From contig CAVQEQ010000004.1 of the NCBI GenBank assembly GCA_963711565.1, positions 1,184,001 to 1,248,000 on the forward strand: 64,000 bases of DNA, written 5' to 3'. Positions 9,320 through 18,944 of the stretch are shown piece by piece. Source of the DNA: an uncultured delta proteobacterium (GTDB lineage: Bacteria > Desulfobacterota > Binatia > Binatales > Binataceae). Numbering within the stretch: the stretch's first letter is position 1; every line of letters starts with the position of its first letter. The notes beneath the pieces were generated by a model, which did not search any database, had not been told where the DNA came from, and saw only the letters and a program-made list of their open reading frames with translations. The position numbers and the translations under genes were made by a program.

Positions 9320-9883
9320 ATGTTCATCCTCGCCGCCGCGCTGATCGTCGCCGGAGTCGCGTTGTTCGTCGCGGCCCCGCTCGGCATCGGGCTGGTCGGC
9401 GCGCGCGCCAAGTCTGACAGCGAGCTTCAAGTCGAGCGCTACGAGCATGAGCGCGCGCTCGCGGTGCAGGGCCTTCGCGAACTCGAATTCGATCGCGAGA
9501 TGGGCAAGCTGTCGGATGCGGATTACGACTCGATGCACAAGGCGCTCGAGGATAGGGCGCTGACCGCGATGGCCGCGGTCGAAAATATCCGCATCCAGAC
9601 CGAGAAGGCCGCGAACGCGAAGAAGCCAGTCGTCACGTCACTGGCGCAAGCGATCCGCCGACCCGCGCCGGCGCCGCGCCGCATCGATCCGATACCGACT
9701 CTCGTTCTTCACACCGAATCGCCGCGCCCGCCGCAACCGCCGCCGCCGCAACCTCCATCGGCATCGGGCAAGATTCGCTTCTGTCCCGAATGCGGGATGC
9801 GCGCCGCGGCCGACTCGAAGTTCTGCGCACAATGCGGGATCGCGATCAGGCCGCCTGCCGGCGCGATCGCCCGGACCGAATGA
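9320..9883 (+). CDS. CcmI-like membrane-anchored protein with C-terminal zinc ribbon
   Basis: N-terminal TM, LRELEFDREMGKLSDADY, Pro-rich linker, FCPECG...FCAQCG. Confidence 0.75.
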   Translation: MFILAAALIVAGVALFVAAPLGIGLVGARAKSDSELQVERYEHERALAVQGLRELEFDREMGKLSDADYDSMHKALEDRALTAMAAVENIRIQTEKAANAKKPVVTSLAQAIRRPAPAPRRIDPIPTLVLHTESPRPPQPPPPQPPSASGKIRFCPECGMRAAADSKFCAQCGIAIRPPAGAIARTE

Positions 9884-10584
9884 TGTCGGCGCCAGTCGTC
9901 GAGACTCACCGCCTGGCAAAGACTTATGGCCTCGCGCCCGTGCTGCGCGAAGTCGATTTGAAGCTGCTGCCCGGTGCCGGCGCCTTTGTGATCGGCGGCA
10001 ACGGTGCGGGGAAATCCACGCTGCTGCGAATCCTCGCGGGCCTCGAAGCGCCGAGCGGCGGCCACGCACTCGTCTTCGGGCAGGACACGCGCAAACTCGC
10101 CGCGCGCTACCGGCGTCGCATCGGCATGATGGCGCATCAGAGTTTCCTCTACCCGAATCTCACCGCGCGTGAGAATCTTGAATTCTACGGCGAGCTGTAT
10201 TCGATCGCCGACCCGCGCGCGTCCGCCGATCAATGGCTCGGGCGCGTCGGGCTGGCCGGCGTTGCCGATGCGCGCGTGCGTACGTTCTCGCGCGGGATGG
10301 AGCAGCGGCTGTCCGCCGCGCGCGCGATGCTCGCCGAGCCGGCGCTGTTGCTGGTGGACGAGCCGTTCGCGTCACTCGACCACGACGGCGCTGAAATTAT
10401 CGCCGGGCTGATTCGCGGCGCGATCGAGCGCGGCGCATCCGTGATAGCGACGGCGCATGCGGTCCCCGAGATAGAAGGCGTCGAGTTTGCTGCGTACGAA
10501 ATTTCGCGCGGGCTGCTGAGGGAGCACGCGCACAAGGAGGAGGTCCGGCGCAGCGGGCGACTCCGCTCGCTGCTCGGCAGATAG
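9880..10584 (+). CDS. ccmA: heme export ABC ATPase CcmA
   Basis: Walker A GGNGAGKST, FSRGMEQR signature, LLLVDEP; in the ccm operon. Confidence 0.92.
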   Translation: MMSAPVVETHRLAKTYGLAPVLREVDLKLLPGAGAFVIGGNGAGKSTLLRILAGLEAPSGGHALVFGQDTRKLAARYRRRIGMMAHQSFLYPNLTARENLEFYGELYSIADPRASADQWLGRVGLAGVADARVRTFSRGMEQRLSAARAMLAEPALLLVDEPFASLDHDGAEIIAGLIRGAIERGASVIATAHAVPEIEGVEFAAYEISRGLLREHAHKEEVRRSGRLRSLLGR

Positions 10585-10588
10585 AATC

Positions 10589-11260
10589 GTGTCCGGATTT
10601 GCCGCCGTGCTGCGCAAGGACCTGCGCCTCGAGCTTCGCAGCGGCGAGAGCACGCTCGCGCTGCTGGCGCTGTCGATGCTGGTGCTGGTCGTCCTTGTGT
10701 TCGCGCTCGACGCGGCGCGCGTGCGCAGCGTCAACGCGGCGGCGGGCGCGCTGTGGGTCGCGATGGTCTTCGCGGGGATGCTCGGTGCGAATCGCGCGCT
10801 GCTCGCCGAGCGCGACAACGGCGCGATTCGCGGATTGCTGCTCAGCCCGCTCGATCCCGCGACACTTTTCGCTGCCAAGTTTGCCGCCGCGTTGATCTTC
10901 ATGGCGATCGCTGAAGTTGGCGCGGTCATCTTAATGGTGTTGTTCTTCAACCTGGAGTTCGACGCGTCGATCGCGCGCCTCGCACCGATCCTGGCGCTCG
11001 GCGCGATCGGATTTTCCGCGCTCGCGACGCTGCTTTCCGCGATCACGGGACGTACGCGCGGCGGCGATATGCTATTGCCAATCCTTGCCGTGCCGATTTT
11101 CGTGCCCGCGTTGATTGCGGGAGTGAAAGCGAGCGCGGCCGCATTGGCGGGCGCGCCGCTCGACTCGATGGGTGACTGGCTGAAGATTATGGTCGCCTTC
11201 GACGTGCTATTCGTCACCGCCGGTTACCTGTTGTTCGAGCATGTGGTAGGTGAGGACTAG
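10589..11260 (+). CDS. ccmB: heme exporter permease CcmB
   Basis: KDLRLELRS, ERDNG, LLPILAVP; hydrophobic. Confidence 0.92.
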   Translation: MSGFAAVLRKDLRLELRSGESTLALLALSMLVLVVLVFALDAARVRSVNAAAGALWVAMVFAGMLGANRALLAERDNGAIRGLLLSPLDPATLFAAKFAAALIFMAIAEVGAVILMVLFFNLEFDASIARLAPILALGAIGFSALATLLSAITGRTRGGDMLLPILAVPIFVPALIAGVKASAAALAGAPLDSMGDWLKIMVAFDVLFVTAGYLLFEHVVGED

Positions 11261-11267
11261 CTATTCG

Positions 11268-11981
11268 ATGAACAACTCGGCGATTCGCAACGGACTGGGA
11301 TACGCGACGCTGGCGCTGATGATTGCGGCGCTGTTCATGGTATTCGACTACGTACCGCCCGAAGCCGAACAGGGTATCGCGCAGTTGATATTTTATTTTC
11401 ACGTGCCCCTGGCGTGGGTCGCGTTCGCGTCGTTCGGGCTTGTCGCGATCGCGGGAATCTTCTACCTGTGGCTCGGCGATCAGTTGTGGGACGACCTCGG
11501 CTACGCCGCCGCCGAAACCGGGATGGTCTTCTGCACGCTGATGATCGTCGCCGGTTCGATTTGGGCCAAGCCGATTTGGGGAACGTGGTGGACGTGGGAC
11601 TCGCGGCTGACGACCACCTTTATCCTGTGGCTGATGTACGGCGGCTACCTGATGCTGCGCGCGAGCGCCGACGACACGCCGCAGGTGGCGCGCTTCGAGG
11701 CGGTGCTCGGAATCGTCGCGGTGCTGGACGTGCCTATAGTCATTGCGTCCGTCCGGCTTTGGCGCACTATTCATCCCGCGGTGCTGGTTACGAAGCAGGG
11801 TGGGCATGGCCTCGAGGACCCGCGGATGGTCGCGACGCTGCTGGTATGCCTGGCCGCATTCACGGCATTGTGGGCATGGCTGCTGATGCTTAGATTCACT
11901 CAGTTGCGGACGCGCAGCCGGTTGGGCGCGCTGGCGGTCAGGATTGCGTTCGCTGACGCGGCCTTATCGGATAGCAAGTGA
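11268..11981 (+). CDS. ccmC: heme exporter CcmC
   Basis: YFHVP, WAKPIWGTWWTWD.RLT, WRTIHP. Confidence 0.95.
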   Translation: MNNSAIRNGLGYATLALMIAALFMVFDYVPPEAEQGIAQLIFYFHVPLAWVAFASFGLVAIAGIFYLWLGDQLWDDLGYAAAETGMVFCTLMIVAGSIWAKPIWGTWWTWDSRLTTTFILWLMYGGYLMLRASADDTPQVARFEAVLGIVAVLDVPIVIASVRLWRTIHPAVLVTKQGGHGLEDPRMVATLLVCLAAFTALWAWLLMLRFTQLRTRSRLGALAVRIAFADAALSDSK

Positions 11982-11994
11982 TGGAATCGATTTG

Positions 11995-12183
11995 ATGGAA
12001 CACCTGGGATACCTGTTCGCCGCGTATAGCATCATTTTCGCGGTAATTTTCCTGTATGTATTGTTCATCTGGCGCCGGCAGGCGGCGCTCGATGCGGAAC
12101 TGCGGTCGCTCGAAGCTCGAATGGCGTCGCTGGATCAGGCGTCGGTCCCCGCCGATTCAACGGAGCCGCGGTCCGATATTTGA
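11995..12183 (+). CDS. ccmD: CcmD-family small membrane protein
   Basis: YLFAAYSIIFAVIFLYV followed by a charged coiled tail, directly after ccmC. Confidence 0.8.
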   Translation: MEHLGYLFAAYSIIFAVIFLYVLFIWRRQAALDAELRSLEARMASLDQASVPADSTEPRSDI

Positions 12184-12231
12184 TTGGCTAATGGGACAAT
12201 AGCAAGTCGGTATAGTAACTGAGTATCCTGG

Positions 12232-13353
12232 ATGGAATTTCGCGATTACTACAAAGTTCTCGGCGTTGACCGGAAGGCGAGCGAGGCGGAAATCAAGAGC
12301 GCCTACCGCAAGCTCGCCCGCAAGTTCCATCCCGACGTCAATCCCAACAACAAGGAAGCCGAGGCCAAATTCAAGGAACTCAACGAGGCCTACCAGGTAA
12401 TCAGCGATCCGGAAAAACGCAAGAAGTACGACGAGCTCGGCGCTGACTGGGAGCATGGCGTGTCGCAGGAAGAGATGATGCGCCGCTACGCGCGGCAACA
12501 ATCGGCGGCCGGCGCCGGGGGTGGCGCGGGCGCCGATTTTGGCGCCGGTGGCGACTTCAGCGACTTCTTCTCGCAATTTTTCGGCGGCGGTGGCGCGCGG
12601 CGGGCGGGCGGCCGCAGCCGCGGCGGTGCATCGCGTGGATTTTCGAACTTTGATTTCGGGACCGAGCCGGCGCGCGCGCCGGACCTGAATGCCGAAGTCG
12701 GAATCACGCTGGCGGATGCGGTCAAGGGCGGCAAGCGGCGGCTCGATCTTGTCGCCGAGGACGAATGCGCCACCTGCGGTGGCAGCGGGATGATCGCGCG
12801 CGAGGAGAAGCAGGGCAAGGCGCGCGTGATTCGCTCGGCCGAGCCGTGCCCGACCTGCGGCGGCAACGGCGTCGTGCAGGCGCGGCGCACGCTCGAAGTG
12901 ACGATCCCGGCGGGAGTCACCGACGGCACGCAGTTGCGCTTGAAGGGGCAGGGCGGGCGCGCTCCGCGTCCCGATCAGAACGGCGACCTCTTCCTTACGA
13001 TTCGAATCGAACCGAACCCGGTATTCGCACTGGCGGGCCGCGACCTGCGCGTCAGCCTGCCGGTGTGGGACTACGAAGCGGCGCTCGGCGCCGAGATTAC
13101 CGCGCCAACCGTTGAAGGGCGCGTGTCGCTGAAGATTCCGGCCGGCAGCCAGGCGGGTCGCGTGATGCGGCTGCGCGGGCGTGGACTCCCGGCGCGCGGC
13201 AAGGAGCCCGCAGGAGACCTGCTCTACGAACTGAAGGTGCTCGCGCCGACGGACTTGAACGCCAAGGAGCGCGCTCTGATGCAGGATTTGGCGGACAGTT
13301 TGAAGGATCGCGGAGTGGCCGATCCGCGGGCGGAACTGATGGCCTCGAAATGA
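12232..13353 (+). CDS. DnaJ/CbpA-family co-chaperone with two CxxCxGxG motifs
   Basis: J-domain HPD, G/F-rich region, CATCGGSG and CPTCGGNG, DnaJ C-terminal domain. Confidence 0.93.
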   Translation: MEFRDYYKVLGVDRKASEAEIKSAYRKLARKFHPDVNPNNKEAEAKFKELNEAYQVISDPEKRKKYDELGADWEHGVSQEEMMRRYARQQSAAGAGGGAGADFGAGGDFSDFFSQFFGGGGARRAGGRSRGGASRGFSNFDFGTEPARAPDLNAEVGITLADAVKGGKRRLDLVAEDECATCGGSGMIAREEKQGKARVIRSAEPCPTCGGNGVVQARRTLEVTIPAGVTDGTQLRLKGQGGRAPRPDQNGDLFLTIRIEPNPVFALAGRDLRVSLPVWDYEAALGAEITAPTVEGRVSLKIPAGSQAGRVMRLRGRGLPARGKEPAGDLLYELKVLAPTDLNAKERALMQDLADSLKDRGVADPRAELMASK

Positions 13354-13369
13354 TCGGGAACTGAATACG

Positions 13370-13660
13370 ATGGCGCGACGGACTTCATCCAGGACCTCGA
13401 CTCGCGGGAAAGTCGTTCTGATGAGCAGGAGCGTGTTCTGCTCGATAGGCGGAATCAGCGAGCGCGAGTTGGCGTCGTGGGAGGACGAGGATTTGATCGC
13501 CCCGGTTCGCGTCGAGCATGTGCGCGGACGGATCGAGTCGCTGTACGATCAGGACGCCCTGCGGCGCGTGCGGGTGATTCGCACGCTAGCCGAGGAACTC
13601 GACGTGAATATCCCTGGGATTGGGGTGATTTTGCATTTGCTCGATCAGATGGAACGGTGA
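13370..13660 (+). CDS. MerR-like HTH protein (CbpM/HspR-like chaperone modulator)
   Basis: LRRVRVIRTLAEELDVNIPGIGVILHL; directly after dnaJ-like gene. Confidence 0.8.
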   Translation: MARRTSSRTSTRGKVVLMSRSVFCSIGGISERELASWEDEDLIAPVRVEHVRGRIESLYDQDALRRVRVIRTLAEELDVNIPGIGVILHLLDQMER

Positions 13661-13734
13661 TTTTGCGGGCGAAGCCGGGCCGTGCTAATTAAAACGGGCT
13701 CATTCCGACGCACTTGATTCAGTAGGACGATGCG

Positions 13735-14007
13735 ATGCTGTTCGTGATTATCGGCCATGACGGACCCGACGGCGCCGCTCTGCGGCCCAAGGTGCGGCCG
13801 GCTCATCTCGAAAATCTGCGGCCGCTGGTTCGATCCGGCAAGTTGAAGATCGCGGGGCCATTCACCGACGGCAGCGGCAGTCTTATCATCGTGGATATGG
13901 AGAGCGAGGCGGCGGCGACCGCGTTTGCGAACAGCGATCCGTACATGACAAGTGGAGTGTTCGCGCGCGTCGAGGTGAAGCCGTTCCGGCAGGTGTTTCC
14001 CGAGTAG
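13735..14007 (+). CDS. YciI-family protein
   Basis: RPAHL, AGPF..GSGSLIIV, DPY...GVF. Confidence 0.9.
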   Translation: MLFVIIGHDGPDGAALRPKVRPAHLENLRPLVRSGKLKIAGPFTDGSGSLIIVDMESEAAATAFANSDPYMTSGVFARVEVKPFRQVFPE

Positions 14008-14018
14008 CAGGAGTTTCG

Positions 14019-15227
14019 ATGGCGGGAGCTTTAGCCAGTTTAAAGATTGTCGAAGTTGGCGAGATGGTGTCGGCGCCGTATTGCAGCAAGCTGCTGGCGG
14101 ACATGGGTGCCGAGGTCGTCAAGGTCGAGCGGCCGGGCATCGGGGATCGCGCGCGGACGCGTGGGCCGTTTCCGGGCGACAAGCCGAATCCCGAGACCAG
14201 TGGACTGTTTCTCTATCTCAACACCAACAAGCGCAGCGTCACGCTCGATATCACCAAGCCCGAAGGCTTCGAGCTGCTGGAGAAGCTGGTCGCGCGCGCC
14301 GACATCCTGATCCACAACGTTACGCCGCCCGAAATGGATCGCGTCGGCCTGACGTACGAGCGGATGTGCCGCGCGAATCCGAAATTGATCATGACGTTGA
14401 TCCTGCCGTTCGGACTGACAGGTCCGTATCGCAACTACCGCGCCGAGGACTTGACGATCTGGTGCGCGGGCGGAGTGTGCGTGCTCAACGGCGGCGGCCC
14501 GGAGCATCCGGAGCTGCCGCCGCTCAAGACCGCGGGGCATCAGGCGGGTTACCAGGGCGGAGTGCATGGTGCGACCGCGACGATAGCGGCGGCGTTCGCG
14601 CAACTTCGCGACGGCGCCGGGCAGCATATCGAGGTGTCGGTGCAGGAATCGATCGCGTCGATCCTCGAGATGACGTTCGAGTACTGGCCGTACATGAAGA
14701 TGATCGCGACGCGGCTGGGACAGAAGCCGCTACAGCCGGTCGAGACGATGCAGTGCAAGGACGGCTACATTTATCTGTGCTGCATCGAGGAGCATCAGTG
14801 GCGCAACTTCGTCGAGATCATGGGCAATCCCGAATGGGCGGAGATGGAGATTTTCAAGGATCGGCTGGTGCGCGCGCTCAACTGGGACGCGCTCAAACCG
14901 ATGCTCGAGGAATGGGTCAGCCAGCAGACGGTGCTCGATTTGTATCGCAAGGCGCAGGCCAAGCGGGTGCCGTTTGCGCCGGTATCGACGATGGGTGATC
15001 TGCTCGACTCGGAACATCTGAAGGCGCGCGGATTTTTCGTCGAGATCGCGCAACCCGTCGCGGGCACGCATAAGTATCCCGGCGCGCCGCTCAAGTACGC
15101 GCGTACTCCGTGGGAAATTCGGCGGCCGGCGCCGACGCTCGGACAGCATAACGCGGAAGTCTTCGGCAAAGAGCTCGGGCTTTCTGATGCGCGGCTCGAA
15201 GAACTCAAGCGCAAAGGTGTGATTTAG
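14019..15227 (+). CDS. family III (CaiB/BaiF) CoA-transferase, BbsE-like subunit
   Basis: APYCSKLLADMGAEVVKVE, NTNKRSVTLD, APTLGQHN. Confidence 0.92.
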   Translation: MAGALASLKIVEVGEMVSAPYCSKLLADMGAEVVKVERPGIGDRARTRGPFPGDKPNPETSGLFLYLNTNKRSVTLDITKPEGFELLEKLVARADILIHNVTPPEMDRVGLTYERMCRANPKLIMTLILPFGLTGPYRNYRAEDLTIWCAGGVCVLNGGGPEHPELPPLKTAGHQAGYQGGVHGATATIAAAFAQLRDGAGQHIEVSVQESIASILEMTFEYWPYMKMIATRLGQKPLQPVETMQCKDGYIYLCCIEEHQWRNFVEIMGNPEWAEMEIFKDRLVRALNWDALKPMLEEWVSQQTVLDLYRKAQAKRVPFAPVSTMGDLLDSEHLKARGFFVEIAQPVAGTHKYPGAPLKYARTPWEIRRPAPTLGQHNAEVFGKELGLSDARLEELKRKGVI

Positions 15228-15229
15228 CG

Positions 15230-16474
15230 ATGGCGACGCCTCCTCTGTCGGGAATTCGAGTCTGCGATTTCACCTGGGTGTGGGCAGGACCGTACTGCAC
15301 CCTGCAACTGGCGCATCTTGGGGCCGAAGTGATCAGGATCGAGACCAAGACGCGGCCGTGCGTGACGCGGATGCTGCCGCCGTGGCCCGACGGCGTGTTC
15401 AACAGCCTCAACAAGTCGGGCTACTTCAATCAATACAACCAGGGCAAGAAATCGTTGTCGCTGAATTTCAAGCATCCCGAGGCGAAGGAAGCCGCGTGGC
15501 GGCTGATCAAGAATAGCGACGTTGTGATTAACAACTTCGCGGCGGGCGTGCTCGAGAAGATGGGATTCGGTTACGAGGAAGTGAAGAAGGTAAATCCGAA
15601 TGTAGTAATGATTACTCTGTCGGGTTACGGCGATACCGGGCCGTATAGTCACTACGTCGCGTACGGGCCGGCGCAAGTGCCGCTGTCGGGGCTGTCGGCG
15701 CTGACTGGCTATAAGGGATTTCCGCCGATGCACGCGGGCTTCAGTTATGCCAACCCGAACGCGGGGGTGCATGGCGCGTTCGCAATAATCAGCGCGCTCT
15801 TCCATCGGGCGAAAACCGGCGAAGGCCAATATATCGACATGAGCCAATGGGAATGCGCGATGGACCTGCTGGCAGAAGGGATTCTCGAATACACGATGAA
15901 CGGGCGCGAGCCCGAGCGAAATGGCAATCGCGATCCGCTGATGGCGCCGCACGGACTTTTCAAGTGCGTCGATCTGCCGGAGAAAATCCTGGACGTCACG
16001 ATCGATCAATGGGTCGCAATAGTATGTTCCGACGACGCGGAATGGGCTCGACTGGCTATAGCAATAGGCAAACCTGAACTGGCCAAGGATCCGCGATTCG
16101 CTACCCTCGCGGAGCGCAAAGAGAATGAAGACGCGCTCGAAGCAATAGTCAGTGAATGGACGGCGACGCGGAGAGTCGCGTACGTCGTACAGACTTTGCA
16201 AACGGCCGGAGTCGCAGCGGGAGCCTGCGCCGATAGCAAGTACCTGTCGGCGGATCCTCATCTCACGGAGCGGGAATACTTCATCTACCGCGAGCATCCG
16301 GAAGTGGGGAAGAAGCAGCACTGCGGAATCCCGTGGCGGATGAGCGGGACGCCGTGCGAAGTGAAGTCGGCCGCGCCCGTACTCGGACAGCATACTGATG
16401 AGGTGATGACCGGCCTGCTCGGGTACAGCGCGGCGGAAGTCGAGGAGCTGCGCGCAAAGGGCGCGCTCGACTGA
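15230..16474 (+). CDS. family III (CaiB/BaiF) CoA-transferase, BbsF-like subunit
   Basis: WAGPYCT.QLAHLGAEVIRIE, NQGKKSLSL, SGYGDTGP, APVLGQHT. Confidence 0.92.
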   Translation: MATPPLSGIRVCDFTWVWAGPYCTLQLAHLGAEVIRIETKTRPCVTRMLPPWPDGVFNSLNKSGYFNQYNQGKKSLSLNFKHPEAKEAAWRLIKNSDVVINNFAAGVLEKMGFGYEEVKKVNPNVVMITLSGYGDTGPYSHYVAYGPAQVPLSGLSALTGYKGFPPMHAGFSYANPNAGVHGAFAIISALFHRAKTGEGQYIDMSQWECAMDLLAEGILEYTMNGREPERNGNRDPLMAPHGLFKCVDLPEKILDVTIDQWVAIVCSDDAEWARLAIAIGKPELAKDPRFATLAERKENEDALEAIVSEWTATRRVAYVVQTLQTAGVAAGACADSKYLSADPHLTEREYFIYREHPEVGKKQHCGIPWRMSGTPCEVKSAAPVLGQHTDEVMTGLLGYSAAEVEELRAKGALD

Positions 16475-16486
16475 GGTTCAAATCAA

Positions 16487-17329
16487 ATGCGGACATTAAA
16501 GGTATTGATTGACGGGTTGGCGTTTCCCGAGGGGCCGCGATGGCATGATGGAAAATTTGTTTTCTCCGACATGCACGCGCATCAGGTGATCGCGGTCGAT
16601 ATGGCGGGCAAACGCGAAGTGATCTGCGAGGTGCCGAATCGGCCGTCGGGCCTTGGATGGTTGCCTGATGGACGGATGCTCGTAGTCTCGATGACGGATC
16701 GAAAGCTGATGCGGCTCGATCACGACGGGCTGAGGACGGTAGCGGACATGAGCAAGCTCGCGGCGTTCGACTGCAACGACATGGTGGTCGACGCGCGCGG
16801 ACATGCGTACGTAGGAAATTTTGGATTTGATTTGCACAAGAACGAGACGCCGCGCACGACGACGCTGGTGATGATCGCGCCGGACGGCGTCGCGCGCGTC
16901 GTCGCCGACGACATGATGTTCCCCAATGGGATGGTGATTACGCCAGATGGGAAGACGCTGATCGTTGGCGAGAGTTTCGGACAGCGATTGACGGCGTTCG
17001 ATACCAGCGCGGACGGATCGCTCACCAATCGGCGCGTGTGGGCCCAACTCGACAGCAGGGTGCCCGATGGAATTTGCCTCGACGCCGAGAATGCGATCTG
17101 GGTGGCATGTCCGACGGCGTCGGAAGTGATTCGGGTCAAGCAGGGCGGTGAGGTGGTCGAGCGGATCAAGGTGGAGACGGACGCGTTCGCATGCATGCTC
17201 GGCGGCATCGACGGGCGGACGCTGTTCGTCGCGACGGCGCCGGCTTCCGATCCTGAAAAGTGTCGCGCGACGCGAGGCGGGCGAATCGAAACTACGCAAG
17301 TTGAGGTGCCGCACGCGGGATTACCGTAA
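16487..17329 (+). CDS. SMP-30/gluconolactonase family protein
   Basis: FPEGPRW, CNDMVVD, FPNGM, PDGICLDAE. Confidence 0.92.
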   Translation: MRTLKVLIDGLAFPEGPRWHDGKFVFSDMHAHQVIAVDMAGKREVICEVPNRPSGLGWLPDGRMLVVSMTDRKLMRLDHDGLRTVADMSKLAAFDCNDMVVDARGHAYVGNFGFDLHKNETPRTTTLVMIAPDGVARVVADDMMFPNGMVITPDGKTLIVGESFGQRLTAFDTSADGSLTNRRVWAQLDSRVPDGICLDAENAIWVACPTASEVIRVKQGGEVVERIKVETDAFACMLGGIDGRTLFVATAPASDPEKCRATRGGRIETTQVEVPHAGLP

Positions 17330-17376
17330 ATATGCATACTGGCGCGAGAACCGCGGGCGTGGCGTAATGGATTGCG

Positions 17377-18699
17377 ATGGGTGTTAACGGACACGGCGAG
17401 AATTTTCGCGCGCGGCGCAAGCGCATGATGGAGGCGATCGCGCCGGGCGCGACGGCGATCATGCCGAGCGCGCCCGTGGCCGTTCGATCGGGCGACGTCG
17501 AGTTCGTTTATCGCCAGGACAGCGACTTCTACTACCTGACGGGATTTGCAGAGCCGGACTCGGTGGCGTTGCTGTCGCCGGGGCACCCGGACGGCGAATT
17601 CGTGATGTTCGTGCGTCCGCGCGACAAGGAGCGCGAGACTTGGACGGGCCGGCGCGCGGGAATCGAGGGCGCCATAATCGAGTACGGCGCCGACAAGGCT
17701 TACGTAATCGACGATCTCGAAAAGATTCTGCCGCGCTACCTCGAAAAAAGTGAGCGCGTACATTACCCGCTGGGGCTGAACGAAAAAATGGATGAGCGTG
17801 TGATGAAACTGATTCGATGGGCGCAGACGATGCGGCCGCGAATCGGCGTCGGACCGTCGGCGATAATCGATCCGCGCGACATTATTCACGAAGCGCGGCT
17901 GAAGAAAGAGCCGGCGGAGCTCGAAGCGATGCGGCGCGCGATGGCGATCTCGGCGGACGCGCACAAGCGCGCGATGATGAACGCGCGCGGCGGGATGCGC
18001 GAGTGGCAAATCGAGGCCGAGGTCGATTACACGTTTCGATCGCAGGGCGCCGCGGGTCCCAGCTATCCGTCGATCATCGCGTCGGGACCCAACGCGGCGA
18101 CGCTGCACTACATCAACAACGATCGCGAGATGCGCACGGGCGAGCTGCTGCTGATCGACGCCGGCGCGGAGTACGACTTCTACGCGGCGGACATCACGCG
18201 CACGTCGCCGATTGGCGCGCGTTTTACGGGCCTGCAACGCAGCCTGTACGAAGTAGTGCTCGACGCACAACTCAAGGCGATCGACGCGATCAAGCCGGGC
18301 GCGCATTTCGACGATCCCCACGAAGTGGCTCTGCGCGTTCTGGTTGACGGTATGCGGCAGCTCGGCATCTTGCAGGGCTCGGCCGACGAAATAATCGCGA
18401 AGGGCGCGTATCGGCGCTACTACATGCATCGCACCAGTCACTGGCTCGGCATGGACGTGCACGACGTGGGGCTGTACCGGGTGGACGGTGCGTCGCGAGT
18501 GCTGGAGCCCGGGATGGTGCTCACGGTCGAGCCGGGATTGTACATCGCGCCGGACGACGACGAAGTTGCCGACAGTTTTCGCGGCGTGGGGATCCGAATC
18601 GAGGACGACGTGCTGGTGACCGCTGACGGTCACGAAGTAATGACCGCTGCGACGCCGAAATCGATTGCGGATGTCGAAGCACTGACTACCGCGCAATAG
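17377..18699 (+). CDS. pepP: Xaa-Pro aminopeptidase (M24B)
   Basis: YRQDSDFYYLTG, LIDAGAE..YAADITRT, HWLGMDVHD, TVEPGLY, GIRIEDD. Confidence 0.95.
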   Translation: MGVNGHGENFRARRKRMMEAIAPGATAIMPSAPVAVRSGDVEFVYRQDSDFYYLTGFAEPDSVALLSPGHPDGEFVMFVRPRDKERETWTGRRAGIEGAIIEYGADKAYVIDDLEKILPRYLEKSERVHYPLGLNEKMDERVMKLIRWAQTMRPRIGVGPSAIIDPRDIIHEARLKKEPAELEAMRRAMAISADAHKRAMMNARGGMREWQIEAEVDYTFRSQGAAGPSYPSIIASGPNAATLHYINNDREMRTGELLLIDAGAEYDFYAADITRTSPIGARFTGLQRSLYEVVLDAQLKAIDAIKPGAHFDDPHEVALRVLVDGMRQLGILQGSADEIIAKGAYRRYYMHRTSHWLGMDVHDVGLYRVDGASRVLEPGMVLTVEPGLYIAPDDDEVADSFRGVGIRIEDDVLVTADGHEVMTAATPKSIADVEALTTAQ

Positions 18700-18704
18700 T
18701 CAAT

Positions 18705-18932
18705 TCAATAGTACAGCCACGAATGACAAGTGCCGCGGGCGTCCTGGCAGGCCACCGTGCAATTACCTATTTCGTTTCGGCAGTAGTATTCGTCATTACC
18801 ATGTAGCTCGCAGACCTGGTAGTTGCGATTGCATTCGTACTGGCATTTGCTTTGCGCATAGTCGCATCGATTGGCGCATCCCGCAGTGAGCAGAGCGACG
18901 CTGGCGGCGAAGAGCGATACTGTTGCGCGCAC
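18705..18932 (-). CDS. small Cys-rich lipoprotein
   Basis: LTAGC lipobox; eight further Cys in a duplicated CX6CX3CX6C pattern. Confidence 0.7.
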   Translation of the reverse strand: MRATVSLFAASVALLTAGCANRCDYAQSKCQYECNRNYQVCELHGNDEYYCRNEIGNCTVACQDARGTCHSWLYY

Positions 18933-18944
18933 GAGCGGTCGTCG

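Noticed and set aside
16720-18696. Long antisense or overlapping ORFs (also 4905-6719, 24637-26520, 35639-37426, 63005-63757)
   Set aside because: Shadow frames of well-supported genes in high-GC DNA; no motifs recognised
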